DNA of 64,000 bases from an uncultured Chloroflexia bacterium (GTDB taxonomy: Bacteria > Chloroflexota > Limnocylindria > Limnocylindrales > CSP1-4). The stretch is taken from assembly GCA_963748625.1 (NCBI GenBank), contig CAVVJT010000007.1, forward strand, positions 768,001-832,000. Direction: 5' to 3'. Below are positions 21,492 through 31,287 of this stretch, piece after piece. How positions within the stretch are numbered: the stretch's first letter is position 1; every line of letters begins with the position of its first letter. The position numbers and the translations under genes are program-made. The notes beneath the pieces were generated by a model. It was not told where the DNA came from. It made no database searches and worked only from the letters and a program-made list of their open reading frames with translations.

Positions 21492-23392
21492 CCGACGGTG
21501 GCGCCCGTCGTCCAGGCGAGCCCCAGGCGCTCAAGGCACGCCGCGGTCGGGGCGCCGGTCTGCGGGTCCCAGCCCTTCAGCGTGTAGAGCGCCGAGATCG
21601 CCGCCTCGAAGTCGTCACGGTCGATCGACACGCCCGTCAGCGGGCCGCCCTCGAGCGGGAGATGCAGGCGCTCGGGCAGCTTGTCCGCTCGCCGGTCGAA
21701 GCCCTCGCGCACGTTGAACATCCGCGCCATGTTCACCGCGCGCTCGCCGATCTCCAGCAGCTCGTCCACCGTCACGTCCCAGCCGGTCGCGGCACGCACC
21801 GCCGCCACCACCTCGTCAACCTGGATGAACGAGCGGGGCGCCGGGCCGAAGAAGCACAGGCCCAGCACCTTCTCGGCGCTGTTCCAGCGCTCACCCGTGT
21901 ACCAGATGCCCACCTTGACGGGGCCCAGGTCCCGCGCAGGAGACGGTTCGGTGATGCCCAGCGGCATCGCGCCCTTGAAGCCGACGGACTCCGGGTTCAC
22001 GAAGATCGGGTCGTGGAAGCCGACGAGGTGGTCGGCCCCGGCCTCGTTGGTCGCGTAGCCGAGGGCCACGCCCACCTTGCCGCGCGGCTCGTGCATCGCG
22101 AGCTCCAGGCCCTTGACCTGCATGGCCCACGCCTCGGATCCGCCGCCCACACGCTCCGCGATCGCACGGGAGCCCAGCGCGAGCAGCGCGCCTGCGCCCC
22201 GCCGGTCCGCGATCAGCGGGATCGCCTCGAGCACCGCCTCGCCGTTGCCGAAGCGCAGGTCGAGACCGCCCAGGTCCCGCTCCACGTCGAGCAGCCCATG
22301 CTCCACGCACTCCATGACGAACGCCGTGGTACCGGCCGCGGAGATCACGTCGATGCCCAGCTCGTTGCACAGCTCGTTGACCTTGGCGACGAGCTGGATG
22401 TCGAAGATGGCGCAGTTGGAGCCGAAGCCCGCGATCGCCTCGTACTCCGGACCGTCGTACGTGTCCGTGACGCGATAGCGGCCCTCGAACGCCGTCTCGG
22501 GCTTGCAGCGGACAGCGCAGGCGTAGCAGGTGCGCGTCGCGCTGCGGATCGCCTCGAACGCCGCGTAGCCGATCCCCTCGACCTGCTCGAACGAGCCCAT
22601 GCGGAAGTTGCGGGTCGGCAGGATGCCCGCGGCGTTGAGCCCGTCGGTCAGGCCGGGCGTGCCCTTGGTGCGGAGGTCCCACGACTGCGGATGCTCGGTC
22701 ACGCGATCCGCGAGGCCCTTGCCCAGCTTGCCCAGGGCGGCCGGGTCGTGGGCGAGCTTCAGGTACCGGCTGGAGCCCTTGACCGCGATCGCGCGCACGT
22801 TCTTGGAGCCCATCACGGCGCCCATCCCGGTGCGCCCGTTGTAGTGGCGCAGGTCGTTCATGAGCATCGCGTACGGGACGAGGTTCTCGCCCGCGCGGCC
22901 GATCTGCAGTACGCGCGCGTTCTTCTCACCGGTCTCCGCGCGGATCACGTCCTGGACGAACGGCGGATCCTGGCCCCACAGGGCGGCGGCGTCGCGGATC
23001 TCCGCCTCGCCGTCGCGGATCCAGATCCAGACCGGGTGCGGCGAGCGACCCGTGAGGATGATGGCGTCCAAGCCCGCCATCTTGAGCTCGGGGCCCCAGT
23101 AGCCGCCCGCCTCGGACTCGCCGAAGCCGCCGGTGAGCGGGGACCGGGCGATCGCGTTGAACCGGGTGGCGGTGGAGACCGGCGCGCCGGTCAGCAGGCC
23201 CGTGGCCAGGACAAGGACGTTGTCGGGGCCCAGGGGGTCGGCACCGGCCGGCATCTCGCGCAGCAGGTGGTAGGCGGCCAGCGCCTTGCCGCCCGGGTAC
23301 TGGCGATAGAACGCCTCGTCGAAGGTCTCGACGGCGGTCGTGCCCGCCGTCAGATCAATGCGGAGGATCGCCCCGTTGCTGCCGAACCCCAT
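21488..23392 (-). CDS. aor: Tungsten-dependent aldehyde:ferredoxin oxidoreductase family protein (copy 1)
   Basis: SPLTG, GRTGMGAVMGSKN, CYACAVRC, GPEYE, KGLE, EPRG, FNVREG motifs. Confidence 0.93.
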   Translation of the reverse strand: MGFGSNGAILRIDLTAGTTAVETFDEAFYRQYPGGKALAAYHLLREMPAGADPLGPDNVLVLATGLLTGAPVSTATRFNAIARSPLTGGFGESEAGGYWGPELKMAGLDAIILTGRSPHPVWIWIRDGEAEIRDAAALWGQDPPFVQDVIRAETGEKNARVLQIGRAGENLVPYAMLMNDLRHYNGRTGMGAVMGSKNVRAIAVKGSSRYLKLAHDPAALGKLGKGLADRVTEHPQSWDLRTKGTPGLTDGLNAAGILPTRNFRMGSFEQVEGIGYAAFEAIRSATRTCYACAVRCKPETAFEGRYRVTDTYDGPEYEAIAGFGSNCAIFDIQLVAKVNELCNELGIDVISAAGTTAFVMECVEHGLLDVERDLGGLDLRFGNGEAVLEAIPLIADRRGAGALLALGSRAIAERVGGGSEAWAMQVKGLELAMHEPRGKVGVALGYATNEAGADHLVGFHDPIFVNPESVGFKGAMPLGITEPSPARDLGPVKVGIWYTGERWNSAEKVLGLCFFGPAPRSFIQVDEVVAAVRAATGWDVTVDELLEIGERAVNMARMFNVREGFDRRADKLPERLHLPLEGGPLTGVSIDRDDFEAAISALYTLKGWDPQTGAPTAACLERLGLAWTTGATVG

Positions 23393-23570
23393 CGGAACCT
23401 CTGTGCCTGTCCCCGCCGGAAGGTGGCGGACTGCCGGATTACATGATGCCCCGCCGGCGGGAAGGTTGTCGTCGCCCGGTGGACCCGTCTGATCCACCTC
23501 ACGGGCCATGTCGACAGGGCCGACCGCGACCGTCCATCAGATGGCCGCGGTCGTTCGAGGTGCGGTAGTC

Positions 23571-23790
23571 CTACTCGAAGTACTTGGCGCCCGGCAGGCT
23601 GCCGTCCATCACGTAGCCACCGTCAACGTACAGGACCTTGCCTGTCACGTACCGGGCCTCGTCCGAGGCCAGGAAGAGGATCGGCGCGGCGATCCATTCG
23701 GCCTCGGCGATCTCCTGGAGCGAGATCCGCGCGAGCAGGGCCTTCTTCACCGACCCGGTATTCATGGGCACCGTGAGCTCGGTGAACGTT
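23571..23790 (-). pseudogene. C-terminal fragment of an SDR oxidoreductase
   Basis: ILFLASDEARYVTGKVLYVDGG is present, but there is no Rossmann or YxxxK N-terminal part. Confidence 0.75.
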
Positions 23791-23978
23791 GCACCGTGGG
23801 AAATCGTGTGAGGAGGCTGGCGACCGCGCTGGGGTCCGCACCGCGGGGGGGACGAGGATCGTGGCGGCAACGCGACGAACGGCCCTGTCGGTGGACACTC
23901 GCAAACCGCAGCGTCGGGCCGGGTGACGTACACGAGCCGGGACCCTGCATCCCGCCGTCGCCAACGGGGAGGTCGGAG

Positions 23979-25079
23979 ATGCCGAGGGGCTGGGGATGGT
24001 CTTCGAGGCCGCTGGCCATGGCGGGGATCGTCGTCCTGGTGGGGGCCCTGCTCGGTCTGCCGCAGGCCGCCGCGACGTCATGGACAGGAGCGCCAGCGCC
24101 ACGCTCCGGCGCCGACGTCGCCGGGACGGTGACGGTGTCCGCGAACGCGGTGGGCTTCCTTCCGCGAAGCATCCAGATCTACAGCTTCGACAACACGCTC
24201 CTCACCACCTGCCAGGCGACGGCGACGTGCTCGCTCGACGTGCCCGTCGACTCGCACATGGTCGTGCGCTTCGAGGCGCCCGTACCCTTCTCGCTCGAGT
24301 GCCCGGCCGGCTCGAACACCGACGGACCCAGCGCGATCGACGGAGTCTGGTACGGCTGGTGCGGCAGCCTCAGCGCCTCCCCGATCATCGCCGGCAGCGA
24401 CGTCACCGCGACGGCGACCGCGACGGGGGTCGTCCTGCCCAAGGCCGTCATCGACACGCTGCCGACCTGGACGACCTCCACGCAGATCGAGTTCGACTGG
24501 GACGGGTTCGACGGCAACTGGCCGGTCACCTCCTTCGACGTCCGCTATCGGCGGGCCGCGTGGAACGGCTCCTTTGGCGCCTACGCGACATGGAAGGCCG
24601 GGACGGTCGCCGAGTGGGGCATCTTCGCGGCGTCGCCCGGGTCCACGTACTGCTTCGGCGTGCGCGCCAACGACTCCAACGGCGGCCACTCCGCGTGGAC
24701 CGCCGACTCGTGCACGGCCGTGCCGCTCGATGACCGCTCCCTCACGCGGTCGGCACACTGGACGGCCGGGACCAGCCCATCCTACTTCCGCTCGACGTGG
24801 CTGCGGTCGCGGACGGCCGGCGCAACGCTCACTCGGACCAACGTCGTCGCCAAGCGCATCGCGCTCGTCGCGACGACGTGCTCGACCTGTGGGAAGGTCA
24901 AGGTCTACTGGGGCTCGACCCTGCTCAAGACCGTCAACCTCTCCTCGCCGACAACGGTCACGAAGAAGGTCATCGCCATCGCCACGTTCACCTCGGTCCG
25001 GACCGGCAAGGTCCGGATCGTGCAGGCCTCGGCCGGCAAGAAGGTGCTGGTGGATGGCCTGGCGATCCGCCGCAACTGA
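23979..25079 (+). CDS. Secreted protein with fibronectin type III-like and C-terminal beta-sandwich domains
   Basis: GGAGG RBS, signal peptide, SFDVRYRR...GSTYCFGVRA.D..G..SAW FN3-like segment. Confidence 0.75.
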   Translation: MPRGWGWSSRPLAMAGIVVLVGALLGLPQAAATSWTGAPAPRSGADVAGTVTVSANAVGFLPRSIQIYSFDNTLLTTCQATATCSLDVPVDSHMVVRFEAPVPFSLECPAGSNTDGPSAIDGVWYGWCGSLSASPIIAGSDVTATATATGVVLPKAVIDTLPTWTTSTQIEFDWDGFDGNWPVTSFDVRYRRAAWNGSFGAYATWKAGTVAEWGIFAASPGSTYCFGVRANDSNGGHSAWTADSCTAVPLDDRSLTRSAHWTAGTSPSYFRSTWLRSRTAGATLTRTNVVAKRIALVATTCSTCGKVKVYWGSTLLKTVNLSSPTTVTKKVIAIATFTSVRTGKVRIVQASAGKKVLVDGLAIRRN

Positions 25080-25257
25080 TCTCCCGGGGGGATGGAGGAA
25101 GCCCCACCCCGATAACATGGCGGGCTGACGGCTCGGTCCGACGCGGATCACGGGGCCGGCGTCCGCTTGACGCGCCGGGAGGGCCGCGCGGCGGCGTCGG
25201 TGAGCTTGTGCCCCAGCTCGTCGTCCGCGGCGAGCCGGTCGAGGTCCTCCGCGGCCG

Positions 25258-25650
25258 TCAGGGGAGTGTCGTGAAGCCGGCGGTCCGGAAGTCGGCATCG
25301 AGGGCGATCGCCGTCTCGATTGCCTCGCGGCGCATGAACGCGAAGCTCGTCCGATCCACGAGGGAGACCGAGGATTCGACTGCGTCCCGGAATGCCGCGA
25401 CGGCGACGGCATGGAGCTCCGCGTCGACCGGCACGACATCGAGCGCCGGGATGATCCGGTCGATGATCTCGGCCGTCACCGCGGGGCCATAGCGACGGCG
25501 GGCGACCGCCAGGGTCTCGACGATGACGTAGGCATGGGTCGCGAGGGCCTCGAAGCGCCCGCGCGTGAACGCCTCCTTGACGCCTGCATGCGCCGGATCA
25601 TCACGGTCCAGGAGCGCGAGGATCCCGCTCGAGTCCACGAACAGCGTCAC
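25258..25650 (-). CDS. vapC: PIN-domain toxin (VapC)
   Basis: LFVDSS, ETL, SLVDRTSF, ALDADF acidic PIN residues. Confidence 0.9.
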   Translation of the reverse strand: MTLFVDSSGILALLDRDDPAHAGVKEAFTRGRFEALATHAYVIVETLAVARRRYGPAVTAEIIDRIIPALDVVPVDAELHAVAVAAFRDAVESSVSLVDRTSFAFMRREAIETAIALDADFRTAGFTTLP

Positions 25651-25889
25651 CAGGGTTCCTCGCCGAGGATGGCGTCATGATCCCGGGCAACCGTGCCTGT
25701 CCCGGACGCAGCCGTGCCGGCCGAGGCCAGCAGCACGTCGATCCGGGCACGTCGCCGGGCATCCTCGTCGGGAACGACCTGGTCCACCGCATCCCGCACC
25801 ACGGCTGCCAGCGAGACATGCCGCCTGCGCGCTTCCAGGCGGAGGCGTCGCATCTGGTCGTCGGTCAGGGAGATCTGCGTCCGGATCAT
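25647..25889 (-). CDS. CopG/ribbon-helix-helix antitoxin (VapB-like)
   Basis: MIRTQISLT...SLAAVVRDAVD; GTGA overlap with the toxin. Confidence 0.88.
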   Translation of the reverse strand: MIRTQISLTDDQMRRLRLEARRRHVSLAAVVRDAVDQVVPDEDARRRARIDVLLASAGTAASGTGTVARDHDAILGEEPW

Positions 25890-25911
25890 GCGTAGATGAT
25901 AACAGTCCGGC

Positions 25912-26865
25912 TCAATCTGATGTAAGTAGCTCCCGATCGGATGGCGTGATCGCAGGGTCCCCCTCGCGGGCCGCGTCGAGCAGGCGGCGCGCGCGCTCCT
26001 CCACGTCGTGGCGCGAGCCCGCGCCCGTGTCCACCACCACCAGGCCGTCCTCGGACGCGATGATGTGACCGCGCACGCGGGCCTCCGCCGACATGATCGA
26101 GGCGACCTCGTCGTCGACCGGGTTCGCCTCCAGGCGGGCGGGCGTGTCGCACTGGCGGATCGATCCGTCGAGCAGGATCGCGAGCCGGTCGCCGAGGCGG
26201 ACCGCCTCGTGGAGATGGTGGGTCACGATGATCCGGGTGGCCGGTGCCTCGTCGCCGATCCGCTCGAAATCATCGAGGAGTGCGGCCCGGGTCCGGGCAT
26301 CGAGCGCCACGAACGGCTCGTCGAGGAACAGCAGATCCGGGTCCAGGACGAGCGACCGGGCGAGGCTCGTCCGCTGCGCCTCGCCGCTGGAGAGCTGGGA
26401 GGCCGGACGGTCCCGCAGGTGCAGGACCCCGAGCCGCTCCAGCCAGTGCTCCACGCGTTCCCGGGTCTCGGCCTTGTCGATGCCCCGGAACCGGAGACCC
26501 GCGGCTACGTTGCCGTAGACCGACGTGGACAGCAGGAGCGGCGCGGGCAGGACGAGGCCGATCCGCCGGCGGTAGGCGAGATCCTTCGTGGGCACGATGG
26601 GCTCGCCACGGAACTCGATGATGCCCCGGTCGGGGCGGAGCAGGCCGGCGAGGACGAGCAGGAGGGTGCTCTTGCCCGCGCCGTTGGGGCCCACGATGGC
26701 GAGGGTCTCCCGGTCTCGGATCGTGAACTCGTCGACGACCAGGATCTGCCGCCCGCCGCGGATGACGACGAGGTCGCGGACGGTGAGGAGCGGTGCGCCA
26801 CCAGGAGTGCCGCCCGCAGGCATGACGGGGATCGGCTCGGGCATGGCGGGGGTCGGATCGGCCAT
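25912..26865 (-). CDS. tupC: Tungstate ABC transporter ATP-binding subunit
   Basis: GPNGAGKST, LSSGE, LDEP motifs; in operon with tupAB. Confidence 0.85.
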   Translation of the reverse strand: MADPTPAMPEPIPVMPAGGTPGGAPLLTVRDLVVIRGGRQILVVDEFTIRDRETLAIVGPNGAGKSTLLLVLAGLLRPDRGIIEFRGEPIVPTKDLAYRRRIGLVLPAPLLLSTSVYGNVAAGLRFRGIDKAETRERVEHWLERLGVLHLRDRPASQLSSGEAQRTSLARSLVLDPDLLFLDEPFVALDARTRAALLDDFERIGDEAPATRIIVTHHLHEAVRLGDRLAILLDGSIRQCDTPARLEANPVDDEVASIMSAEARVRGHIIASEDGLVVVDTGAGSRHDVEERARRLLDAAREGDPAITPSDRELLTSD

Positions 26866-26872
26866 GGGCGCC

Positions 26873-27541
26873 CTACCGCTTCGGTCCGCGCTGCTGGGCC
26901 CAGGTGAGCACCCCGTTCACCATGAACGCCAGCGCCAGCAGCACCAGGCCGAGGATCACGGCGGCCCCAAATTCCCCGCGACCTGTCTGAAGGACGATGG
27001 AGGTGGTGAGCACCCGGGTCTGGCCCGCGATGTTGCCGCCGACCATCATCGCGGCGCCGACCTCCGAGATGACGCTGCCGAAGGCCGCCATCACCGCCGC
27101 GAGCAGCGGGAGCCTGGCCTCCCGCCACATCCACCAGATGGTCTGCCAGCGCGATGCGCCGAGGCCCAGGAGTTGGATCTCGAGGCGCGGGTCCAGCTGG
27201 CCAAGGCCGGCGACCGTGAGCCCGATCACGACCGGGGTCGCGATGATCACCTCGGCGATGACCATCGCGCCCGGCGTGTACATGAGGCCCAGGCCGCCCA
27301 GGATGCCGCTGCGCCAGAGCATGATCGCAACGAACAGGCCGACGACGACGGGTGGCAGCGCCATGCCCGTGTTGACGGCACTCAGGATCACGCGCCGGGA
27401 GCGGAAATAGGACAGCGCGAGCCACGTCCCGATCGGCAGCCCGATCAGGAGGCTGATGGCCGTGGCCGCGCCGGACACGGCCAGGGACAGCAGTGTGATC
27501 TCGACCAGGTCCGCCAGCCAGGGGGCGTCAGCCATGGCCAC
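26873..27541 (-). CDS. tupB: Tungstate ABC transporter permease
   Basis: NTGMALPPVVVGL and ISEVGAAMMVGGNI..QTRVLTT motifs. Confidence 0.9.
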   Translation of the reverse strand: MAMADAPWLADLVEITLLSLAVSGAATAISLLIGLPIGTWLALSYFRSRRVILSAVNTGMALPPVVVGLFVAIMLWRSGILGGLGLMYTPGAMVIAEVIIATPVVIGLTVAGLGQLDPRLEIQLLGLGASRWQTIWWMWREARLPLLAAVMAAFGSVISEVGAAMMVGGNIAGQTRVLTTSIVLQTGRGEFGAAVILGLVLLALAFMVNGVLTWAQQRGPKR

Positions 27542-27568
27542 CGCCCCGGAATCGCGACAAGCTGTCGA

Positions 27569-28504
27569 TCAGGGCGCGGTCAGGTCGGCTTCCGTCTTCC
27601 CGCCGTCGGGAACGAAGAGCTGCTGGCCGAACTCCGCGACACCGAACTCACCGATCATCGCCTGGGTCTCCGCCGAGAGCAGGAAGTCGGCGAACGCCTT
27701 CGCGCCGTCGCTGTTGACCTTCGGCCACTTGTCGGGGTTGACGACGATGACGTGGTACGGGTTGAGCAGCGAGGGGTCGTCGGTGACCATCGACTCGAGC
27801 GCGAGCTCGTCGCCCACGGCCAGCCACGTCGCGATGTCGGTGAGCGTGTAGCCCTCCTTTTCGGACGCGATCTGGAGCGTGGCACCCATCCCCTGGCCGC
27901 TCTCGAGGTACCAGTCACCCGCGGGCTCGATTCCCGCCTTCTTCCAGTACCCCAGCTCCTTCGTGTGCGTGCCGGATTCGTCCCCGCGCGAGACGAACGT
28001 CGCGGGCGTCCCGGCGATCTTCGCGAACGCGTCCGGGACGGAGGTCATGTCCTTGATCCCGGCAGCATCGGCAGCCGGGCCGACCACCAGGAACGAGTTG
28101 TGCATGACGAGCGTCCGGTCCACCCCGAAGCCACCCTCGACCAGTGTCTTCTCGGCCGCCGGCGAGTGGACGAGCAGCACGTCCGCGTTGCCCTCCTCGC
28201 CCATCTTGAGCGCCTGGCCGCTGCCCACGGCCACGGTCTTGACGGTGTAGCCCGACGCCTTCTCGAAGGCCGGGATCAGGACGTCGAGCAGGCCCGAGTC
28301 CTGGGTGGAGGTGGTGGTGGCGAGGATGATGTCCGTCGAGCCGGCCGGGGACGGGGCGGCTGTTGCGGCGGGCGTCGCCGCGGCCGTTGCTGCGGGCGCG
28401 TCGGTGGCAGCGGGCGTCGCCGCAGCCCCCGAGCAGGCCGCGAGGATCGCGACGGTACCGACCAGGAGTGCGCGCCGAACTGCGCCCGGAATCCCATTAC
28501 CCAT
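27569..28504 (-). CDS. tupA: Tungstate ABC transporter substrate-binding lipoprotein
   Basis: Lipobox LAAC; TupA signature LATTTS..DSGLL; SRGDESGTH. Confidence 0.92.
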   Translation of the reverse strand: MGNGIPGAVRRALLVGTVAILAACSGAAATPAATDAPAATAAATPAATAAPSPAGSTDIILATTTSTQDSGLLDVLIPAFEKASGYTVKTVAVGSGQALKMGEEGNADVLLVHSPAAEKTLVEGGFGVDRTLVMHNSFLVVGPAADAAGIKDMTSVPDAFAKIAGTPATFVSRGDESGTHTKELGYWKKAGIEPAGDWYLESGQGMGATLQIASEKEGYTLTDIATWLAVGDELALESMVTDDPSLLNPYHVIVVNPDKWPKVNSDGAKAFADFLLSAETQAMIGEFGVAEFGQQLFVPDGGKTEADLTAP

Positions 28505-28555
28505 TGTTTATTCCCCTTTATGACGTCGCCGGTATTGCCGGCATGGACGCATGAT

Positions 28556-28600
28556 AGGGGGCCGCGAGGGGGCCGCGAGGGGGCCGCGAGGGGGCCGCGA
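28556..28600. repeat. 11-bp tandem repeat x4 upstream of tupA
   Basis: agggggccgcg x4. Confidence 0.9.
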
Positions 28601-28615
28601 GACCTGGTGCGTGTT

Positions 28616-29008
28616 CTAGGGTCGGACCTCGACGAAACCCGCTGCACTGAAGTCGCCGTCGAAGGCCAGTGCCTCCCCGAGACGCTCGCGGTGCATGACG
28701 GCGAAGCTCGTCGCATCGACGAAGGAGTAGACCCGCTCGTCGTGTCGGCGGAGCCAGGCCCGTGCCTCGCGCTCGATTCCTTCGTCGACGTGTACCACCG
28801 TCAGCCAGTCCGCGGACTCGACCGCATCGATGAACGCGACGGCCGACGTGTGGCCGTCGCGACGCCGCAGGAATGTCCAGGTCTCGCCGACGACATGGTT
28901 CGTCGTCAGGAGCGCCTGGCCAGGCGACCAGAGACGGACCGCGTCCGGGTGGTTGGCGTCACGCCGGAGCCGGAGTGCCACCCAGTAGGAGGTATCGACG
29001 AACCTCAC
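28616..29008 (-). CDS. vapC: PIN-domain toxin (VapC)
   Basis: FVDTS, GETW, SFVDATSF, FDGDF motifs. Confidence 0.9.
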   Translation of the reverse strand: MRFVDTSYWVALRLRRDANHPDAVRLWSPGQALLTTNHVVGETWTFLRRRDGHTSAVAFIDAVESADWLTVVHVDEGIEREARAWLRRHDERVYSFVDATSFAVMHRERLGEALAFDGDFSAAGFVEVRP

Positions 29009-29217
29009 GGGCCGTAGACGACATCGTCGACGTCGGCGGGCTCGGCATCGCTGCCGCCGATCCAGTCGCGGAACGGATCGACCGGGGGTTCCGGCTCGCC
29101 GATCGAGCGCCGGACGGCATCTCGGATGAGGGCCGCCTTGGACGTGTGTGCCCGACGCGCCCGCGAGGCGAGCGCGTCGTCCAGGTCCTCGTCGATGTAG
29201 ATCTGCAGCCGCTTCAT
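29005..29217 (-). CDS. CopG/RHH antitoxin
   Basis: MKRLQIYIDE...SKAALIRDAV; GTGA overlap with the toxin. Confidence 0.88.
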   Translation of the reverse strand: MKRLQIYIDEDLDDALASRARRAHTSKAALIRDAVRRSIGEPEPPVDPFRDWIGGSDAEPADVDDVVYGP

Positions 29218-29223
29218 GACGTG

Positions 29224-29252
29224 AGTATACATCTACTCATGGCGTATACATC
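29224..29252 (-). promoter_or_regulatory. TA promoter/operator, probably leaderless
   Basis: gtatacatc direct repeats at 29225-29233 and 29244-29252; minus strand TATACT 6 nt before the ATG. Confidence 0.65.
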
Positions 29253-29291
29253 ATGATGCGCGGTCCCGGCGCGGGCGTCGCAGATCGCGGC

Positions 29292-31187
29292 TCAGACGAC
29301 GCCGGCGAGCCCCAGCCGCTCCAGCGTCTCGGTGGTCGGGTTGCCGGTGGCGACGTCCCACCCCGCGAGACGGTAGTACTCGTCGAGCGCTCCCTCGATG
29401 ACCTCGTGGTCGAGCGCGACGCCACGGGTGGGCCCGGTGCCGGTGAGGGGTTGGAAGAACTTCGCCGGGAGCCTGTCGTTCTCGCGGTCCATGCCCTCGC
29501 GCGCGTTGAACGCGCGCATCAGGTTGATCCGGCGCTCACCGATCTCCATCAGCTCGTCGATGTCGAAGTCGGTCCAGCCAGTGACGGCCCGCACGGCGTC
29601 GACCGCCTCCTGCGGCCCGAGCAGCGACCAGGCCGGACCCCACACGAACTGGCACAGGTCCGCGGAGTCGAGGAACGAGTAGAACTGCTGGGTCCGCAGG
29701 GCGTAGCGCACCTTCTCCGCGCCCAGCGAGTCGTACGGCAGTGTCTCGGTGAACCCGAGCAGCGCCTGGCGCCCCATCGCCAGGTCCGAGGCGCCCTCCT
29801 CGATGTTGGGGTCGTGCTCGGAGGACTGGTGGTCCGCGCCGAACGGGTTGACCGCGTAGATCACGCCCAACGTCCGCTTCGCCTGCGGCATGTGGGCCGG
29901 CGCCTCGGCACCCTTGGCGGTGATCAGCTGGCCGTGCCCCTTGCCGAGGAGGTCCGCGGCCTTGCGCGAGCCGTTGGCGAGGACGTCGCCGAAGCCCTCC
30001 CGGGCCACGATCATCTCGAGCAGCCGGATCATGACCTTCGCGTCCCCGAACGGGGCCGGGAAGCCGATCTCCGCCTCGGACAGCACGCCATCGGTGAAGC
30101 AGTCCATGGCCCACGCGATCGTGGCCCCGGTGCCGATCGTGTCCAGGCCGTTCTCGTTGCAGATCTGGTTGGCGAGGGCGATCGCCGGGAGATCGCCGAT
30201 GCCGCAGTAGGAGCCGAACGTGGACGCCGTCTCGTACTCCGGGCCGCCGTGGCGCTCGTGGACGGGCCGGCCCTCCCACTCGGTCTCGACCGCGCGCTTG
30301 CAGCGGACGGCACAGGAGTAGCAGGTCTCGCGGTTCTTGAGGATCGTGGCGGTCATCGTGGCGCCGCCGATCTCCTCGTACTGCTCGAACTGCCCGGCGT
30401 TGTAGTTGAAGGTCGGCAGGCCGCCCGCTGCGTGCTGGTACTCGAGCACGCCCTGGGTGCCGTTGACCCGGAGGTCGAGGACGTCCGCGTTGTTGGGGAT
30501 CTCGTTGGAGGCGAACTTCGCGAGCTTGCCGAAGGCCGCACCATCCGCCATCGGCACCTTCCGGGTGTGGCCCCGCACGGCGACGGCCTTGAGGTTCTTG
30601 GAACCCATGACCGCGCCCATGCCAGTCCGGCCGTTGGCACGATTGGCCATGTTCATGATCGCGGCCAGGAGGGCCAGCTTCTCACCGGCGGGCCCGATCG
30701 CGGCAACCTCGACCTTGGCGTCGCCCAGCTCCTCCTTGAGTGCGTCGGTCGTCTCGGCAGTCGTCTTGCCCCACAGGTGGCCGGCCGGCCGGAGCTCGGC
30801 CTTGCCGTCCTCGATCCACAGGTACACGGGCTCCGCCGCGCGGCCTTTGAGCACGATCCCCGTGAAGCCCGCAAACCGCAGCTCGGCCGGGAAGAAGCCG
30901 CCGCCCTGGCTGTCGCCGATGCCGTCCACGAGCGGCGAACGGGCGCTGATCGTCATGCGACTCTGGCCCGCGATCGGCGCGCCGGTGAGCGGACTGAGCA
31001 TGAAGGTGAGGACGTTGGCCGGGTCGAGCCCACCCGTGCCCGCCGGGACGTCGCGGAGGATGTAGTAGACGCCCATCGCCGAGCCGCCGAAGTACGTCCG
31101 GACGAACGCCTCCGACTGGTCCTCGACCTCGATGGAGCCGGTGGTGAGATCCACGTGGAGGATCCGGCCGGTGACCTCGTTCGCCAT
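29292..31187 (-). CDS. aor: Tungsten-dependent aldehyde:ferredoxin oxidoreductase family protein (copy 2)
   Basis: GRTGMGAVMGSKN, CYSCAVRC, GPEYE, DLCQF, FNAREG motifs. Confidence 0.93.
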   Translation of the reverse strand: MANEVTGRILHVDLTTGSIEVEDQSEAFVRTYFGGSAMGVYYILRDVPAGTGGLDPANVLTFMLSPLTGAPIAGQSRMTISARSPLVDGIGDSQGGGFFPAELRFAGFTGIVLKGRAAEPVYLWIEDGKAELRPAGHLWGKTTAETTDALKEELGDAKVEVAAIGPAGEKLALLAAIMNMANRANGRTGMGAVMGSKNLKAVAVRGHTRKVPMADGAAFGKLAKFASNEIPNNADVLDLRVNGTQGVLEYQHAAGGLPTFNYNAGQFEQYEEIGGATMTATILKNRETCYSCAVRCKRAVETEWEGRPVHERHGGPEYETASTFGSYCGIGDLPAIALANQICNENGLDTIGTGATIAWAMDCFTDGVLSEAEIGFPAPFGDAKVMIRLLEMIVAREGFGDVLANGSRKAADLLGKGHGQLITAKGAEAPAHMPQAKRTLGVIYAVNPFGADHQSSEHDPNIEEGASDLAMGRQALLGFTETLPYDSLGAEKVRYALRTQQFYSFLDSADLCQFVWGPAWSLLGPQEAVDAVRAVTGWTDFDIDELMEIGERRINLMRAFNAREGMDRENDRLPAKFFQPLTGTGPTRGVALDHEVIEGALDEYYRLAGWDVATGNPTTETLERLGLAGVV

Positions 31188-31287
31188 GTCGCTGCCTCAC
31201 GTCCTGCCGTCGAGGTCCGTGCCTCGCGAGGGAGCCAGCATACCCACCCGGACCGCTGGTTTCCGCGGATGTTGCAGGATGCGGGCG

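Noticed and set aside
28505-28615. Moco/tungsten-cofactor riboswitch upstream of tupA
   Set aside because: The spacer is short and largely occupied by a tandem repeat; no recognisable consensus.
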